This document shows, piece by piece, positions 63,201 through 64,000 of a DNA stretch of 64,000 nucleotides; position 1 is the stretch's first letter; each line of letters opens with the position of its first letter. Location of the stretch: NCBI GenBank assembly GCA_965243025.1, contig CBDETY010000003.1:1856001-1920000 (forward strand), written 5' to 3'. This DNA is from Candidatus Latescibacterota bacterium (GTDB lineage Bacteria > Latescibacterota > UBA2968 > UBA8231). The translations under genes and the position numbers were made by a program. The notes beneath the pieces were generated by a model. The model worked only from the letters and a program-made list of their open reading frames with translations, was not told where the DNA came from and made no database searches.

Positions 63201-64000
63201 CAGTTCCATCCGGATGGCAGGCGCTTCAGGAGCCAGGAGTGGAGCGTCAGCGGCAGCGAGTACTTGAGCCGGAACTTCAGCCGGAAGGAGCGGATGCCCG
63301 GGTAGGTCCACTTCGCCAGGTCCGGGGCGCGGCCGTCGCGCCCGAGGAGCGGGTTGGCGCCGAAGTAGGCCACCAGGCTTTCGTAGAGCTGGGAAATCCG
63401 CACCGGGTTGCGGCTCGCCGTTGCCGCGTGGTAGACCTGCACCTCTCCGGGGGAGGCCCGGGTCGCGGCGGCCAGGGTTGTGTTGACGACGACGTCGACC
63501 GGGACGATGTCGAGGGCGAGATCCGGCCGCGCCGGGAAATCGGGCAGCATTCCCTTCCCGTACGCCGCCACCAGGGGATCCATCACCTTGAGACCGGTGA
63601 TCCACCCCGGCTCGGGATCCTCGAGAGAGCTCTCGATGATGCTCGGCCGCACGATGACGAGCGCCTGGCCGTCGCGGTTCCCGACCAGCAGCTGCTCCCC
63701 CATCGCCTTGGTGAAGGTGTAGACGTCGTTCCAGCCGTTCTTCCTGGCCCGCCGCATCCCCTCGTCGACGAGGCGGCGCTCGATCCAGTTCCTGGTGCGG
63801 TCCTCGGTGAGCTTCCCGAGCCGGCTCTTCGACAGCGGCCTGCTGCGGTGCTGCCGCAGGATGGCGCGCTCGAACTCGCGCCGGCGCGCCTCTCCCCGGC
63901 CCTCCTCGTACACCCCCCTGCAGAACGCCTCGCAGTCGGCGATTTCGCGCTCGGGATCGAACCGCGCCGACGCCGCACCCGGATTCGCCAGCTGGCGGAT
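60242..64000 (-). CDS. ElbD-like multidomain lipid enzyme: fatty acyl reductase + AMP-binding + ACP + acyltransferase (5' end beyond the window)
   Basis: YTFTKAMGE/IVRPSII/DIVPVD (FAR), YEGYGLTET/GWLHSGD/GAGKNVYP (ANL), LDSLMSVEF (ACP), NHTSHLD/FPEGTRS (LPLAT); frame stays open to 64000. Confidence 0.9.
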   Translation of the reverse strand: MRQLANPGAASARFDPEREIADCEAFCRGVYEEGRGEARRREFERAILRQHRSRPLSKSRLGKLTEDRTRNWIERRLVDEGMRRARKNGWNDVYTFTKAMGEQLLVGNRDGQALVIVRPSIIESSLEDPEPGWITGLKVMDPLVAAYGKGMLPDFPARPDLALDIVPVDVVVNTTLAAATRASPGEVQVYHAATASRNPVRISQLYESLVAYFGANPLLGRDGRAPDLAKWTYPGIRSFRLKFRLKYSLPLTLHSWLLKRLPSGWNWASPQKRRLLSTMKIRLQRVLYYADIYHPYTHLECSFSTDRARALHASLPAGERQVFNMDVERIDWDRYIGDVHLPGLRRHVLGDAGEEEIFREPPAEVGSEEERWQQEEELQTIPDLLRWSCARYGEITALQMKRGDSWVRVSYGELLARAEARADLWQRCGLEAGDRVLLYGGNSPEWVIAYMGASVAGLAVVPVDPQTPPGEVWKLAAFTRARGLVASRASFETLGSERAAAGTSGRPLAFFDLDGRMFPLPGGEAAAEPPPREHLQPPGVSPGMEASIIFTAGTAVEPRGVVLTHGNFLSNLLAIAEVQRLDRGDRVLSLLPLHHGLEFTGSLLMSLLSGATVTYLETLNSRVILETMRETGTNALLAVPRLLKILADRIERLGRHGEEERHALDRDSAAPISRLKLVVSGGAPLAPGIFESYRRMGVTVYEGYGLTETSPIVTVNPPGKARPGSVGIPLPGVDLRIDEPDPRGCGEILVRGPNVMPGYLDSPGLTAAVLRNGWLHSGDIGWVDDEGYLFITGRCKDLIVTGAGKNVYPDEVEGLYRGLPEVAELSVVGVRSPRTLSEEAHGVAVLAEGAGDAAAARAREAAYGISRNLPTYQRIQRLHVRSGPLPRNCAGEVDRPRVLADLQHELQGAEVEIDESLAPWERSVYDLLSRITGLTPAEVLAHGDAPLDSLLDSLMSVEFAGIVGETLGRPLSREILRSPTLRSLVDKLEPLFVASEKRIPSPGDGGGYWTRALRGQDGNRGHQLRADGGSGILRKTFWTAGGGLYRLYFSLKARGLEHLPPDRPYVIAANHTSHLDAPSILLAIRPRIDRISLAAARDYLSRSPSLSWFLRTMLDAVPFDRQEEFLESLLALRRLIGVRRPLLVFPEGTRSSSGALQPFRTGVGLLAIELDLPIVPVHVAGTREALPKNGRFPRRNRVSLNFGPPVEMAPYAARRERLGNYEVYREVTGQVRREIARLAGDGGEAGSAEATN

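Overview
High-GC bacterial chromosome segment made almost entirely of housekeeping genes. I saw no integrase, transposase, CRISPR array or rRNA. From left to right it holds: a degenerate UvrD/SF1-helicase-like gene running off the left edge (absent from the ORF track); a DegT aminotransferase; a DoxX/MauE-thioredoxin protein; Tpt1/KptA; purE; a reduced dcw cluster (mraZ-rsmH-ftsL-ftsI-murE-murF-ftsW-murC-ftsQ-ftsA-ftsZ, with no mraY/murD/murG/murB/ddl); trmB; a sulfur/Fe-S cluster (cysK, Cys-rich MerR regulator, iscA, iscS, rhodanese-MoeB); YyaL; ssb; a thiolase; tRNA-Ala(TGC); a UbiA prenyltransferase; rplM-rpsI-rpsB-tsf-frr; queA-ispDF-dedA; a fused ECF ATPase; pyrC; an RNase HII-YraN fusion; hrcA-grpE-dnaJ-mrp-prmA-rsmE-aroQ (no dnaK); rpiA; ilvD; and a threonine synthase-like enzyme. 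At the right edge is a partial ElbD-like multidomain lipid enzyme (reductase-adenylation-ACP-acyltransferase) whose stop overlaps the lgt start, followed by a flavin oxidoreductase. The best candidates for undescribed systems are the ElbD-like/lgt/OYE unit, the Cys-rich MerR-headed sulfur-relay operon, the RNase HII-YraN fusion and the inactive-looking helicase. All calls come from motif recognition by eye; no searches were run.
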